Shown here one piece after another: positions 12,014-26,060 of a DNA stretch of 64,000 bases; position 1 is the stretch's first letter, and each line of letters starts with the position of its first letter. The notes beneath the pieces are model-generated. The model made no database searches. It worked only from the letters and a program-made list of their open reading frames with translations, and was not told where the DNA came from. This stretch comes from Podarcis vaucheri. Lineage: Eukaryota. A program made the position numbers and the translations under genes. The stretch lies in NCBI GenBank assembly GCA_965113315.1, contig OZ220364.1, one strand, 5' to 3'.

Positions 12014-12527
12014 CTGCAGAGAAAAAGACAGATTAATGATAAAGGAAGGACAAGTGGCAGCAGGGGGGGGGGGCGGCAGCACAGGTTCTACGATTACTAT
12101 GCAGAGCAGGGGGTGTGGGGGGCCTTGCTCCAGATTTCTTTTTTCAGCCCCATCCCACCAATGACTGGTTGGGAGGGATTAAAATGAAGCTGCGGTGGAG
12201 GTGTTTGGCCACATGGTGGCAGAGCCCAGCATGAGCTGATCTGTTAACCAAGTGAGGCGCAAAGAGGTGAGGCACCTTGTTCTCAGTGTTATCACAGGAC
12301 AGAGGAAATGGCTTTGCGCAGTAGTGATCTATGGGACAGGGACAAGGGTAGAGTTCTCAAAAGCCACCACTTGACAGCATGCATGGAAAGCAGCATGCAG
12401 GTATAGCTTCCCTGGGCATATTGTGGCCACAACTCTTGCTACAATTACACAACCCAGAGATTTAGAGTGCTGAAGAGAAAGACTAGTCTATGTTTTAAAA
12501 TATGCAAGCTTTCAGAACCCTATAGAC

Positions 12528-12663
12528 CAGTGTTCCCCAACCTTGGGCCTCCAGCTGTTTTTGGACTACAGCTCCCATCATCCCTCGCTAGCAAGACCAG
12601 TGGTCAAGAATGATGGGAATTGTAGTCCAAAAACAGCTGGAGGCCCAAGGTTGGGGAACACTG
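12528..12663. mobile_element. hAT (Charlie-like) hairpin MITE, 136 bp
   Basis: Perfect 43-bp terminal inverted repeats; perfect 8-bp TSD CTATAGAC. Confidence 0.92.
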
Positions 12664-15600
12664 CTATAGACCATGCGATCAAAGATGACCAAGTCCTCCA
12701 GACAATGACAAGGAAATGGATGTTAAATATTGCATCCAGAGTGGCAAGGCATCCATGAAAGGGGTGAAAACTCTTCAGTTGTCACAGGGCAATCAAAGCT
12801 TCTTATCTGAGCAACTCATGAACACAGGAGTGATCCTACAAAGGTTAAGCAATGCCATTAAGGTCAATGCCATTAAGGGCTCTGGCTATAATATGTGAGA
12901 AAGATCTTCTGAAGCATGCATGCTCCTGCATACACACACCCCCTCCGCCTCTCTCTCCACCCCTCACATTTCTGATAAGCACGTGTTTGTTCTGGGGGAG
13001 CCTTCATAAGAAGAGCTCTGCCGGATCAGGCCAATGGCCCATGTAGTCCACCCACGGTGAACTACCAGATGTGAGAAACCCACAAACAGGATCTGAACAC
13101 AAGAGCACCTCCCCCTCCTGCAGTTTCCAGCAACTGGTATTCAGAAGTATTACTGCCTCTGACCTCTGCCTCTGCCTCTTTGGTTTCCTTAGGCCTCTGG
13201 GATTTGACACAGCAAAGCGCCTGCGAGAACTAGCATAGTTTTCCTTACTGGTCCGAGCAGGAAAAAATGGTTGGCAGAGAAGGCACAGGGCAACTTTGGC
13301 CATGCCCATACACCCGAGTCTATGAAGCAACCTTCAAAAGCAGATCTAATATTTGCAAAGACTGCCTATGGCAGAGAATATCAGCCGCTGGGCCAGCTCA
13401 GTATCAGCATAGGTGGTGCTGCTGGCAGATACACAAGTACATGCATTTTTGGAATCAGGCTTTTAGACAGACACTCTCTGATGGGTGGGGCGGGAACAGT
13501 CCCTCCACAGCCCAGAAATAGGATGGGAACACAAGCACTCTGCTGTAGGGTAAGGGAATTCAGAGCGAGGCAAGAGGGTGCAACAGTAGGTAATGCTAGA
13601 CTGACGGGGGAGGGGCAGGGGACTCAGCCTGCTCCATTCTGGGAAACAATTAACAGTGCCTCTTTAAGATATAATGCACAGTGCACTGCGGAAAACAAAA
13701 GGGAATCTGCCTGTGGTGTCCTCTGCAGGCTACTGCCTTCCCTCTAGCACACGTTTTCACACTATCAGCAGGAAAAGGGAACCTGCAGTTGGCAAGCAGG
13801 GAAGTCCCACTTAATAATGACATTAGCAGGAAGGAAAGGACAGTGGTTATATTCCCCGTAGACTCTAATACAGCAGCAACCACCCCAAGGCACAGCCTTG
13901 TTCCATGTGAGGCATCCCCTTAGCTTTAGGATTCCCAGTTAACAGTAAACCCAGAGCACTTTCTAATATTACTTTCCTTTTTTTTTTTTTGACAGCAGAG
14001 GATCATCATCAACTTTCCATAGTACTGCTTCAAATTTTTTCCAAGCACTCAACAGTGAGCATATTTGGACATGGTAGAGTAATTGTCATTACCCCCTTCC
14101 ATTTCTCTTGGATTTAGCTTTCCTGGGCTCAGCAGAGATTCACAAGGGAAGAAACCAGAGATCATACTTGAGCAAAGATGCGGTTTATCATATTGGCTAA
14201 ATGGCCTCTCTAAGATGCCTTAGTTCTGTAAAAACCTGGAAGTGTATTGCTTTTTATCAAGGCTGGACCAAGACGTTTTGTTGCCTGAGGTCTGAAGGAG
14301 AAGATGGCACCCTCCTTCCCATGCCATGTATAAAATCCAACCAGACTGGCAACTGAATCTTAGTTCAACAGTAACCATGGGGTCCTCCACTGCACCCAAG
14401 GACAGCAGCCTAGCACAGTGGGCGTTGGGCAGATTGCACGGCAATCACACAGGGCCAGTCCTATTATTAGGCAGAGCGCAACAGCCGCCTTAGGCAGCAG
14501 ATGCTGGATAAGCAACATCCCCTGGCCAGTCCTCCAGTGTCCTTTTGGCAGCTCCCCACCTTGGGAGGACAGAGCTGTGTGTGCCATGTGGCCTGTCTTG
14601 CACCTTCCTAAGTTAGCTTGCTGCCTTCAGGTGCTGAATTATGCTATCCCATCACAAGTGCTGATGCAGCTTGCAGTCCAGTCAACTTCTGTGCATGGAA
14701 TGGTGAGGGAGGGGAGAGGCCATCATCTAGTCATTTGCCTCAGGCAGCAAATTATCTTGAGCAGGCCCTGTACACAACGGCTCTGCCCTTTAGCACTTTG
14801 CTGTTGTTTCCTATCCTACAGTATCTGTCTCACTCTGCCTAATGGTAGGGCTGGCCCTGGTTTGCATGCATTCGCAGCTGGAGAACAAAAACTGGAAATG
14901 CCTCCCCCCCCCCTCCGCGCAAGCCTGAGCAAGGAGGACTTCAGCCAGCCTTTCATAGAGAGAGTGAGATAAATCATAATGGCCACAATTCAGCGGAGGT
15001 TAAAAGAAAGAGAAAGCTTTGCTGCCTGCTGCAGTAATCTTCCACAGTTCTCAATCACTTCAGCAGCTCTGCACCACTACCCCAATCACATAATGCCTTA
15101 TTTCGTCATCAGCTCAAGATCTCCATGGAACTAACAGTTTCTAGAGGTTGTGTAAATAAAGCCTGCCCTATTCCTTAGGGATCACGGTTTCCTCCATCTC
15201 AGCGCTCCAATTGCTTTCCTCTATCTCAGCAAACTTCAAGGGCATGGGCAGAGCCAAGGACAGGAGCTTGGTTCTCTCTCTCTCTCCAGCTGGACACACA
15301 TTTCTTTTAAGAGATGGCATGTGGCAGTTTGGTATGCAAATGCATACATAACAGCACGTATTTTTTCGCTATAGATTTTTTTTTTTTGCTGCTATCCTAC
15401 TCAGCGAATAGGATTGGGTCCTTAAAATGGGCTGTGGGGCAATGTTAAGTGAAAATAAAATAAGAAAAGATGCAAACTACTTCTTCTCTGAAAACACACA
15501 CACACACACAGTGGGGCGGATGCACAGTGTGGGTACTCTACACAGCCACGACTGGTCCCTCCGGGGAACCATAAGCAGTGCCATGTGCTGCTCTGCTGTG

Positions 15601-16613
15601 CCACAGGACAGTGGGCCTGAGCAGCTGAAGAATAAGCTGCCTCTGTTGCTGGCATTGCTGATGCAGGAATCTGCCTTCTATTGAGGCAGGCCCTTGAGTC
15701 AATCCAGCCTCGTATAGTTTACTATTCTAACTGGCAGCAGCTCTAGGGGGTCTTGGGCAAAACTATTTCACATCCCTTTTTACCTGATCCTTTTACCTGG
15801 AAATGTAAGAAGGCTGAACCCGGGACCTCCCTGCATGCAAATCCTGTGCCCTACCACTGGGCATCCCACAAGTCCACATTGCTCTGCTAAACCCCCCTGC
15901 ACCTGCTCTATGCACGGAGCTACAGTCAGCTCACCACCCAATTTGTGACTTATCTTGTTTTACTGTGTTGTGTCTTATCTTGTTTTATTGTGTTGTTATT
16001 TTACAGCAGATGCATTTTAAAGTGTGGCTTTATTTTTCCATGTGGCTTTATGGAAAAGCAGCCTTGAATACTTCTTAGAAGAGAGGCTAATGAGCTTACA
16101 TATATGTATATACACTTTTTTTTTTTCCTTTTAAAACCTATTCTTTTGCCTGAATTCTTAGCTGATCCTTCTTAGGAAACGTAAGAAGGACCCTGATGGA
16201 TCAGGCCAGTGGGCTAATCTAGCTCAGCATCCTATTCTCAGAGTAGGAAACCATATGCCTGTGGAAACAGGATGGAACAGTTGTTGCTGTTGCTGTTGGA
16301 GAGCAGAGGCACAGCAAGAGGAAAACGGAGTTATTCCCATGTTATTGCCACAGGGCAAATATATTTGGTGGCCTCAAATACACAAAGCATCTGTGAAGAG
16401 CAGGGACAGGCAAGGAGGGAGGAGACACACAGCAAGGTAGCAAGGACAAGACAGCTGTTTACAGGCTCTGTAGCGGAGATCTCAGTGATCACCCTTTCTA
16501 CAAAAGGCACCTAGGAGTTACCCAAATGGCAAAGTGGCAGGCAACAAGGAGCCATGCAGGAACAAGCAACTCACGGCGTATGTTAAGCACAGAAAATCAG
16601 GGGAGATACTTAC

Positions 16614-16756
16614 AGCTCTGCAGGGAGAAATGTTTCTTGTCAGCAGAAGCTGATGCCATCCCCAAGACTAGAGGCTCCGTGTTCCCCAACAAGTACTGAA
16701 TAGAACGGAGCTGGAAACAGGGATCTGCCAGCAGCACAGCTGTTGCCCGCTCAGCC
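16614..16756 (-). CDS. RNF123: RNF123 exon n-3 ([24 protein letters not shown]...KKHFSLQS)
   Basis: tttccag / AGCT|gtaagt; 143 bp; [11 protein letters not shown] motif. Confidence 0.95.
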
Positions 16757-18084
16757 CTGGAAAGACAGACAGACATGCTTTATGAAGGCCTTGTCTTGGA
16801 GTGGCAGCACACCTCGCTGCTCTCAGCAATCCCTGTGTGACATGGCAATGTTTGTGTTCATGAGAACTGGCACATCTAGGAGTAAAGGACACACTCTCTG
16901 GTCTTTAGAGCAATATTGCTTCATTAATATTGTTGTCAGACCTCCTGCCCTGAGGCCATCACAAGCTGCTCCCATTGCTCACTGGTGGCCTAGCACAGCA
17001 ATGGATGGTGCAGACCCAATGGCAATGGGAGAGGAAAAGGCAGGAAGTCAGAGAATGGGCCCATATGGTGCCTCCTAAGGGTCAGGCTGCTTTATAAAGA
17101 CATCTGGAACTCCCTCTTGGCCAGAGTTGGTGGTCTCAAAGTGTAGGACATCTTGACAGGTCCACCTGACTTAACATCGTATGCATTATTTTCTAGGTTG
17201 ATGAGGCTTCATAAAATGGGGACTGCTTAATTCCAGATGCTGGTCCCTCAGAAGCCAATGGCCTTTGTATAGACATGCAGCACAGCTTAATGAGCACCAA
17301 ATTTTCCAGCCACCTTGGTGTACAAGTTGCACACAATCAGAGGGCAAATGTCTCCAAAAGGCAACAGCATCCTGGCAAATTAAATAGGTCTTGAACAGCA
17401 GAAATTGCATTCTTCATTTGATTGATATTCAACTCAAGAGCAAGAGGCAGCTGTTTAGCAACTAGATTGACTGACATACTGCATTTGCTATATGCTGCAG
17501 CCTGGAAGAACAGGAATGGGTGCAGGCGGGGGGAGGAAATGTCACCATGAATTGTCTTGACTAGGAAGCAGAACCTCCATACATTTTAAGCACCTCTTTC
17601 AGCCATTTGTTGGGTCAGGTTCAACAAACACGTCCTACTAGTGGAAGCCTGAGCAAAGGCTGGTTCTCTTCCCAGCATGCACCCCCAAATTGGCTGAGGG
17701 GGGGTCAGAAGAACGCCCATAACGGGGGGAGGGGAGAGGGGAGATTGTTCTACCAGAAAAGCAGAAATGCTTGCACTGATGGAATGATCTCCTTATCACT
17801 ATGTTGAATTCCTCTCACTATCTCTGTTATGAGGGAGATGATTAGGACAACCAGTAAATACCAAATTATGTATATTTATTTTCATGCTGACGCCAGGTTG
17901 TCTGTTTGTAAACAAGCACAGGTGAGAGGAGAGAAAGCGGCTGCCCTGAAGGAGCAAAATACCGGTAATTAAAAATGAATTCTCAGGCATTAAAGTTATA
18001 CTTAATGAAATCCACCATTAAAAAAACCAACCCTCAGTCTGAAAAAGGATTTTTATTTATATATTTATATATTTAATTCATCAT

Positions 18085-18264
18085 AGGATCACAGGATGCT
18101 TTGCAGCATAAAAACACAATTAAAAAAAACCAAATGAAAGAATAACCCCCCTCACCACATTTGTTATCATCTTGTTGCCATAAACACCTGATCATGTTGA
18201 GAGTCCAGTTGCTGTAATGATTCAAGAGAGCTCTTATCTGCACTGACTACTAATTATGAATTTA
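18085..18264 (+). repeat. ~190-bp dispersed repeat; second copy at 63294-63487
   Basis: Shared TTTGCAGCATAAAAACACAA, ACATTTGTTATCAT, TAAACACCTGATCATGTTGAGA(A)GTCCAGTTGCTGTAATGAT, ATGATTCAAGAGAGCTCTTATCT, AATTATGAATTTA. Confidence 0.85.
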
Positions 18265-19021
18265 AAGTAATGACTATGACACCTTATTTACACTGGATCA
18301 GCTGTGATGTATTATTTCTCACTAATTAGTTGGGGTTTCTGCTACTTTCCTGCAGCCATTTTGACTTACCACTTACCAAATACATGTAGAATTGCAGCTT
18401 AATAATATAATCTTTTATCAAAATGACCATTCAGAACTTTTAATTACTTCCTCCTACTCTTTCCATTCAAAGAAGATTAAATATGGTAAGAACTGTCTTA
18501 ACAGGTGAACACAATAGTTGGATTAAGAAGTCTTACAGAATACTTAAACCCTCAAATTTCATGATGGTACACGAAATGATATGTTCATGATAGAACATAT
18601 CATTTGCAACAGGAGTTATATTTCTGCCAGTTTTTTACATAAACACACACACACAAACATTAATTTCTTGTTATTAGCTTTTTTTGTTCTTTGTTGGTAT
18701 TCTTGTTATTATAGATTTGTATTATTACAGTAAGAATTTAATAAAAATTACTTGTTAAAAAGTTCAGTTTTTCATGTTCCCTAACTGAAAGCCAACCTTT
18801 GTTCATCACAAAGCATTAGAAGATATGTCTCATTACTATAAGGCTACAATGCTCCCACAATCAGCAAATGAAGCAGTCACAATAAGACAAGCAGGCCAAT
18901 AGTACAAAGAACTGAAGAGATGAAATTTATGGGAAGTATTATGCAGCCCTACACAGAACTATTACAACAGCTACCAACCTCATAAGAGTGAAATGTGAGA
19001 ACATAAAGTGGAATCTCAAAG

Positions 19022-19557
19022 CCACTGTATTCTGCTCTGGTCAGACCACACCTGGAGTACTGTGTCCAGTTCTGGGCACCACAATTCAAGAAGGACACTG
19101 ACAAACTGGAACGTGTCCAGAGGAGGGCAACCAAAATGGTCAAAGGCCTGGAAACGATGCCTTATGAGGAACGGCTAAGGGAGCTGGGCATGTTTAGCCT
19201 GGAGAAGAGGAGGTTAAGGGGTGATATGATAGCCATGTTCAAATATATAAAAGGATGTCACATAGAGGAGGGAGAAAGGTTGTTTTCTGCTGCTCCGGAG
19301 AAGCGGACATGGAGCAATGGATCCAAACTACAAGAAAGAAGATTCCACCTAAACATTAGGAAGAACTTCCTGACAGTAAGAGCTGTTCGACAGTGGAATT
19401 TGCTGCCAAGGAGTGTGGTGGAGTCTCCTACTTTGGAGGTCTTTAAGCAGAGGCTTGACAACCATATGTCAGGAGTGCTCTGATGGTGTTTCCTGCTTGG
19501 CAGGGGGTTGGACTCGATGGCCCTTGTGGTCTCTTCCAACTCTATGATTCTATGATT
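19022..19557 (+). mobile_element. CR1 LINE 3' fragment (ORF2 C-terminus and 3' UTR)
   Basis: [23 protein letters not shown]...WNLLP...FKQRLD peptide; TTCTATGA repeat tail. Confidence 0.95.
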
Positions 19558-20615
19558 AAAATCAGAAGGCACAATTGCCCTCCTCACGTGTGCCGCCATG
19601 CATACACATAAAGGGAGACGGTGCTGTGTTCTCCTAGCCCTGCCCCAATGTTGCTATACCTCTGACACTTGCACATTGAGTGGGATTCTGCAAAGGCACA
19701 CCTATGCATGTACATGGAAAGGCACTTTATGTGAGGACACCTCGACCATGCAGGGGTCCTTGTCATCTCAATTGTCTATTTGCATACAATTGTACAATAC
19801 CCTTTTCTGGCGTCCCACTCAATGCCCAGATTTCAGATATGCAGCAACAGTACTGGCCCTGCCTTTCTCCTGCTCTCCATTTTTAGTGAATGTATACGGT
19901 TCAATGCTAAGCACATGGCAGCCAGAAGCAGAATGGACAGCGTTTCCTGGTAATCCAGTATAAACTCTTGGAGCTATTGTGATGATTTGAAAGCATGAAC
20001 TGCACTAGCACTGTACAGAGAAACACACGGGGCCCTTCCTATCCTCAACATACCATATAGGGGAATTAAAGTCACATCATTTCCTGAAGACCACTGATTT
20101 GAAATTGGGGTTTACAGGACGCTGTGCTGATGTACTTTTGGAGTGGTTCACACTCTTGTCTCTCTCACTGCTACTCCCTTGTCTCGCTCTCTCTTTATCC
20201 ACAGCTCCCTCTTCCCCCATTTTCCTCCCTCCTTGTCCTATGCGGACCTAGGGCTGCTGGTTGCCCAGTCTGCTCTGTGGGTCACTGTTGGACCACATCA
20301 GAATACAGGGATTGGTTACAGATACAAAGAAGCACTTTCCGTCCTTGAGAGAAGCAGTGAGCCTGCTTCCTGGGATGCAGCCAGTGCATTTCCAAGGAAC
20401 ATGCATTTGTTTCTACTGTACACTTAACTTTATGGCTGTGCAAAGCTGCCAGTGGGGACTACTGCTGTCTGGCACCCCTTTCTTCCAAGGAAGACTAAGT
20501 CAACATTCAGAAAGGGCCTTTGTGTTTGGTTTGTCAAGGGCAGAATGATCCAGACTGCTCAGCAATGCAGCACTTGGGTGTAGAGAAGAAGGGACCGAAT
20601 TGCTTTCGAGTACTA

Positions 20616-20951
20616 CAGTGGTGCCTCGCAAGACGAAAAGAATCTGTTCTGTGATTCTCTTCGTCTAGCAGTTTTTTCGTCTTGCGAAGCAAGCCCATTG
20701 AAGGATTAGCGGATTAGCGCTATTAGCGGCTTTTAGCGGCTTATCTGCTGATCGGATCAGCTGATAAGCGGCTTAGCGGCTTAGAAAAAGGGGGGAAAGG
20801 GAAAAAAAACCCGCAGGAACTCGCAAGACACTGTCGTCTTGTGAAGCAAGCCCATAGGAAATTCGTTTTGCGAAGCACCTCCAAAACGGAAAACTCTTTT
20901 GTCTAGCGATTTTTCTGTCTTGCAAGGCATTCGTCTTGCGGGGCACCACTG
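20616..20951 (-). mobile_element. Second copy of the same Tigger-like MITE, inverted, 336 bp
   Basis: Same TIRs and TA flanks; reverse complement aligns to 885-1219 with several CpG transitions. Confidence 0.9.
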
Positions 20952-22556
20952 TATTAGCTTTCCTACTCATAAAGTGAGGAAGGCCGTTTCCTTGCTGAGA
21001 AAGGCAGTCAGGGTGCTGCCAAAACACCACTCATTTGAAAACCTGCGCCAAGTCTCTTACCAATACCAGGGAGAGCAGCCAGAGCACTTTGAACTGAACT
21101 GTTTCAAGAGCCAGGCCTCCTGCTTCATTCAACCTGTGGGGCACACAATGGTGCCATAACTGAGGACTCTGCAGTGAGATGGGGAGACTGCTCACCTGGA
21201 AAGGAGGCTGCACATGCCGTGGAGAAAGGGGCTTCAGGTGACCTTCTCTAGGAGAGTGTTCAGGACTTGTGTTTGTTATAGGGAAATCAGCAAAAACAAA
21301 GTGGCCCTGTAAAAGACTGTATGTGGCATGTCTACCGCCACATACATGTATGATACAATACCAAAGTGCAAATCCAAACACAGGCAATTCCAAAGACCTC
21401 AAAGAAATGGATGGTTGAGCTAACCCAATGTTTTGTGTTGAATTTTGACTATTTCTACTGAGGAATCTTATATCGTTCCAGAAAACATCTGATGCTTTAA
21501 TGGTCATGTTGTATTTTGCTAATGGGTTTTGTGCTGTCTTCTCCAGCTGCTGAGACTGAAAAGCTTTGCATAGCTTGAAAAAAATTGTGAGAGGAAAGTC
21601 CAATTTAAGCATGTTAGGCCTAATGGAATTACAACCCACAGATCACTTCCTGATGGCTAAAACTTATTTGATATTAATTGAATTACTCTTCCTGCTCAGC
21701 CTGCCACATAGCAGTGACCTAGCTCTCACTGAAGTGGTAAACATGTGTCTCACTTGTACCAGTTCACAGTGCATTTGGAGGCTCACATGCTGGGATGCTC
21801 CCCTACACATAGAGAATGAGCATGCCAGAGAGAAAACCAGACCAGAGGCCTTCTTCCTGACATGCTAGTTTTCTAGGTGAAGGGAGGGATTTTTTTTCCA
21901 TGAACAAAGGAAAATTCCATCACGTGAATCCCCACTCGCTCTCAGAGAGAACTGGATATTTTTGTTCAATTTCTTTAATAAATTAAATGCTTAAATCTGC
22001 ATCATCTCAGATGACGATTTTAGCTCAATGACCTCAACATTCAAGCCTACTTCATCAATTATATGGAGAATGTAAAGTTCATGGGCCTAACCAGGTCTGA
22101 CTTCACATACTGTTGGATATATAGATAAAGGATTACGGACAGCTCAGTTCTTGTAAAAGTTTTGCTGCTTTGCATCATCCATTTTGTGGAGAAGTATGTT
22201 TGACACTGGGTCTCAACAACACTTTCACTTCCCTTCCCTGGAAAATATACCACTTCAAGATCAGAGAGGAGAAATCAATTCATTTACAGCTCACTTCAGG
22301 GCATATGCACACACTCTGGAATCACAATTCAAGAAAGACATGCACAAAGGAAAAACAGAACACTTAATATTTGCTTAGAGGAAAAAGGTTGCAAGTGGGG
22401 GCAGAGATTAATTTTACATATATTTACAAGGTTTTCAGGAAGAAAAACACTATATCACCAGAAGAATATTAAAATTACAGAAAGGCTGTGTTGTTGTTGT
22501 TGTTTTTAAATTAAACATTAGGTAATTTGAGCTAACCCTGTCTATGGAAATTACGT

Positions 22557-22729
22557 TAGGATTGCCATATTTCAAAAAGTAAAATCCAGGACACCCCGAA
22601 AGTTGATGAGTTGTATTTTGTTTTGATTGACTTGCCTAAGATCCAGGACAAAGCGCCTCCTTTCAGACATCAATTCCACCTTTGAAATCCCAGTAATGTC
22701 TGGGAAAATCCAGGTGTATGGCAACCCTA
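22557..22729. mobile_element. TAGGGTTGCCA-ended MITE (hAT Blackjack-like); relatives at 57793-58049 and an end fragment at ~27215-27278
   Basis: TAGGATTGCCATA / TATGGCAACCCTA inverted ends. Confidence 0.65.
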
Positions 22730-24590
22730 AGTTACTGTATCACTCTCTTTCATTCAACATTTTCATGAAAGTGCCGTCTGTCCAGAGTAGCCTTTCCTTT
22801 TTCAGATCCAGGAGAGGCCTTTCATTTCAACCTGAAGAATGGGGAACCCCCTTTTAAAATCTATTTGCAGCCTGTCTCTTAGTTACCATTGGCGTGATCC
22901 ACCTTCTATCAGACCCAGTTGTGGCTCATGAGTTGAAGAACAATGGCATAGCACAGAGGCAGGGAATCTCAGGTCTAAGGGTCAAGCACAGCCCTAGTCT
23001 AGGCTGCTCTCTCTGTCCCCAATAATTCTCCCCAGGCTACCCCTCACTCAGAGTGTTTTTGCCTGGCTGGAATGTGTCCTTGTACTCTGATAATGCCTCT
23101 TAACTTGTCTGGATGGAGGACAGAGAGGGTTGTATGTGTCTGTAGAAAGTAGCCTACTGTAAAAAGGGCACAAACACATTCATTGCTCTGTCCATTTTTG
23201 CCCCGTCCCTACCCATCACTGGCATGTGGCATTCAGAAGGTTTTCCAGAAAGGAATGTGGCCCTCAGGCTGAAAAAGATTCCTCACTTCTGGAATAAGAG
23301 TACACTGCCTTAATATACTGCTTGAGTCATATGATCAGTGGGATTAGGCACAACTCTGAAGTTAAGAGGGAAAAGGGAGTCTTGTAGAAGTGACAGAGTG
23401 CCAGCCTAATTTCTATTGGATGGGATTGCAGAAATGACTAAGAAGCCTGCACCATTAACTCCTAAGACACCATCTCTCTTGGCTGCAAAGTTCACTTCCT
23501 TTCCCTTTTCAGATCTTCACCTTCAAGAAAACTTGTCACCTTTAAGAGATGTGTCAGTACAGTCCTATTGTTCCAACTGCAAAGATGAGCAAGACAGCTC
23601 AAGGTCATTACATTTTGGGTTGCAAAACAAAAGTAACATAGTTCTTACAGATTTCAAATGCAGACTACATCAGGCCTAAATTGGAGCCCTGAGAAACACT
23701 GTCGTTCAGTAATTTGTCAGGAGCACAGCTCAAGGAATGTCTAACAGCCTATAGTAATGTCACCATGGAAAGTTACCAAGAAAATATCTCCTTTTTTAAC
23801 AATGAAAAGGCAATTATCTCACACACTCTGAATTTATCTTATAAAAATGCAGCAGTCACTACTGATTCTTGCTGAGAGTAGAAAAACATTGGCCATTAAA
23901 TGGTAACCCCATATACAAGCTAGAGTAGTGCACTCAAAGGTCTTTGATTAACCCAAAATCTTTGCATTAGAAGCATTCAACTCATTTGGCAATTCGGAAT
24001 AAGTTTAGGGCACTTGCTTGGATGCAGTCAATTTACCATGCACTTGCCACACCACCTTTATGCAGATCACTTAAAATTGATGCATATCACTTAAAAGCAG
24101 AGTGTGTTGGTTCCCAACCACATGCATTTAGAACTATTTAGATGTTTAAATCATGATCCCTTTAGCATATGTAGTGGTTGTTAATGAATGCACTGTTTCC
24201 TCAGGGTTCTTACTTCACATGAATTAGATGCTACATCTTTCATTTTTTGGCTCACACACATAAATTTTTGTTAGTTTTCTGTTGGGGGGAGGAAGGTATG
24301 TTACTTTTACATCAGTTTAAATGTAGGATACATCTTAATTGTACTATTGTTACAGAGAAAATGAATACGTATAAAGGCATCCCTATATTTGAAAATGAAT
24401 TTAAAGTATTTTTTTTAAAAAAAACATGGCCCCACCTTCACCAAAAGAAAGCCAATCTTGCATTACAAGCAAGAGGCAGGTTTCAAAAGATTAATGTTTC
24501 AAAGAAAAAGACTTGCATAAAAATCACATATACTAATTTATATGTATAGCTGCAACATCAGAAATAGTTACTAAAATTTAAACAGACATA

Positions 24591-24993
24591 CAGAACTTCC
24601 TACTTTTGCAGGGGTTATATCCCAGGCCCCTGCACCCGTAAGTGAAATTGTGTAAAGAGGGAAGCACCCTCTAAACACCCTTTAAATGCTTTCTTTTTCA
24701 TTCATATCAAAAATACTGCACGTATTCCAAAGAACTGAAGCTCTGGGGTTGGCAGGAGGCTAGAGGATGCATGGGAAAGCTGCTGCTGCACTACCCCACA
24801 CACCAGCTGTTAAGTGGGGAAGCTGAGCCCTGCTGTGCCTCTGGTCTCTTTGGGGCTTCCTCACGAGCCAAGAGGACTCTCCAGCTCTCTCCTGCCACTT
24901 CTGGGTATGAATTGAATGACTTAATTACTTTCTTGTGCTGCACATATACACAGTCACACACAAGTAGAACACCCGTAAGTTGGGGGATGCCAG
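24591..24993. mobile_element. Old Tigger-like DNA element
   Basis: TA flanks; degenerate TIRs (cagaacttcctacttttgcaggggtt / aacacccgtaagttgggggatgccag). Confidence 0.45.
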
Positions 24994-26060
24994 TATAATA
25001 CACCTAATCTCACCATAATGGAGAGGAGAAGGTGACTTGTGTGCCTGCTCAGTCTGCTGTCCAGGCGCTAACTGCTGGTGGGCAACATCAAGGCCTCTCC
25101 TGCTCTCTTTCATGGTTCTTTATCTTTAAATTGGACTTTGAATTGAGAGCCCTTTAAATGGAGGATGACTTCAAATAGAGGCTGCCCTCTGTAAACAGAA
25201 CACATGGCCACTCTGATTCAGGAGTATTTCACCTCTGGAAGAGACAGAGGAATAAGCTAGGAGGAGGGGAGACAGAGCCACTCAGCAATAAGGGGTCACT
25301 CTGATTGCACATTTAAAAGCAGCTGCACAAAAACATGCAAGCAGCTTTACATAGGGAAGCATCTGGCAAATATTTTCCCCAAAACATCTCCCTTGCAACT
25401 TGTAAAATAGAGGGTTAAGCACCCACTACGTCCTGCAGCTGCTGCAGCCAAATTAGTCATTTGCTGTACTAATGGAAACCAATTATTCTGCTTTGATTTT
25501 CACTTTCCTCAAATAAAGCAGCCTGGATCTCCCAGGAAATTGCCCTCCAGCTGCTGCTCTCTCTGCCCCAGCAATTACTCTACAGACATGCCTGCTCAAC
25601 TTTGAGCATCTGTTCAGGGGCAAAGGGTAAGTCAATGGCATGCAGTCTCTCTCTTGCCCTCTGTCCACTGAGGAGAGCAAACTGTGTTTCTACAGAGTTG
25701 GAATTACTGGACAAATCTCAGTCACCTCTGCCTCTGCTTTGATCAGAGATCACTTATTGCAGTTGGACCTCTCTCCAACAGTCCAACAGTCTCACCTGAT
25801 GACTGATGGCACCAATGCAGCCTCCAGTTCAAAGGATGCAAGTTGAGGTCACACTATTGGTTCAGCCACAGGTAACCATGAAGTGATGAAAATCCAAGAT
25901 AGTCAAGTAAATCAATACCAAAAGTATAAAAGCCTCAACAAATGTCAAATATGTAAATAGCGATGAAGGGAGGAAAATCAATAACCTGTGCCTCACCAAT
26001 TATGTAGATACTGACATACAGCACAGACTAAAAAAAGACAATGGTTGTAAGGTTGATCTG

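Noticed and set aside
14418-14972. 184-aa ORF on +
   Set aside because: Non-ATG start, no recognisable domain, intronic composition.
19136-19483. 115-aa intact-looking ORF as a possible host gene
   Set aside because: It is the CR1 ORF2 C-terminus, followed by the CR1 tail.
19924-19944. Partial REST/RE1-like motif (AGCAgaATGGACAGCG)
   Set aside because: The left half-site lacks the TCAGCACC core; too weak to call.
20150-20360. Long pyrimidine tract with CACAG acceptor on + as a possible GMPPB-AMIGO3 read-through exon
   Set aside because: Low-complexity CT-rich sequence with only a modest donor; cannot be supported without transcript data.
21031-21639. 202-aa ORF on -, the longest unexplained ORF
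   Set aside because: Non-ATG start, no motif, not needed for the RNF123 reading frame, no convincing splice-site pair.
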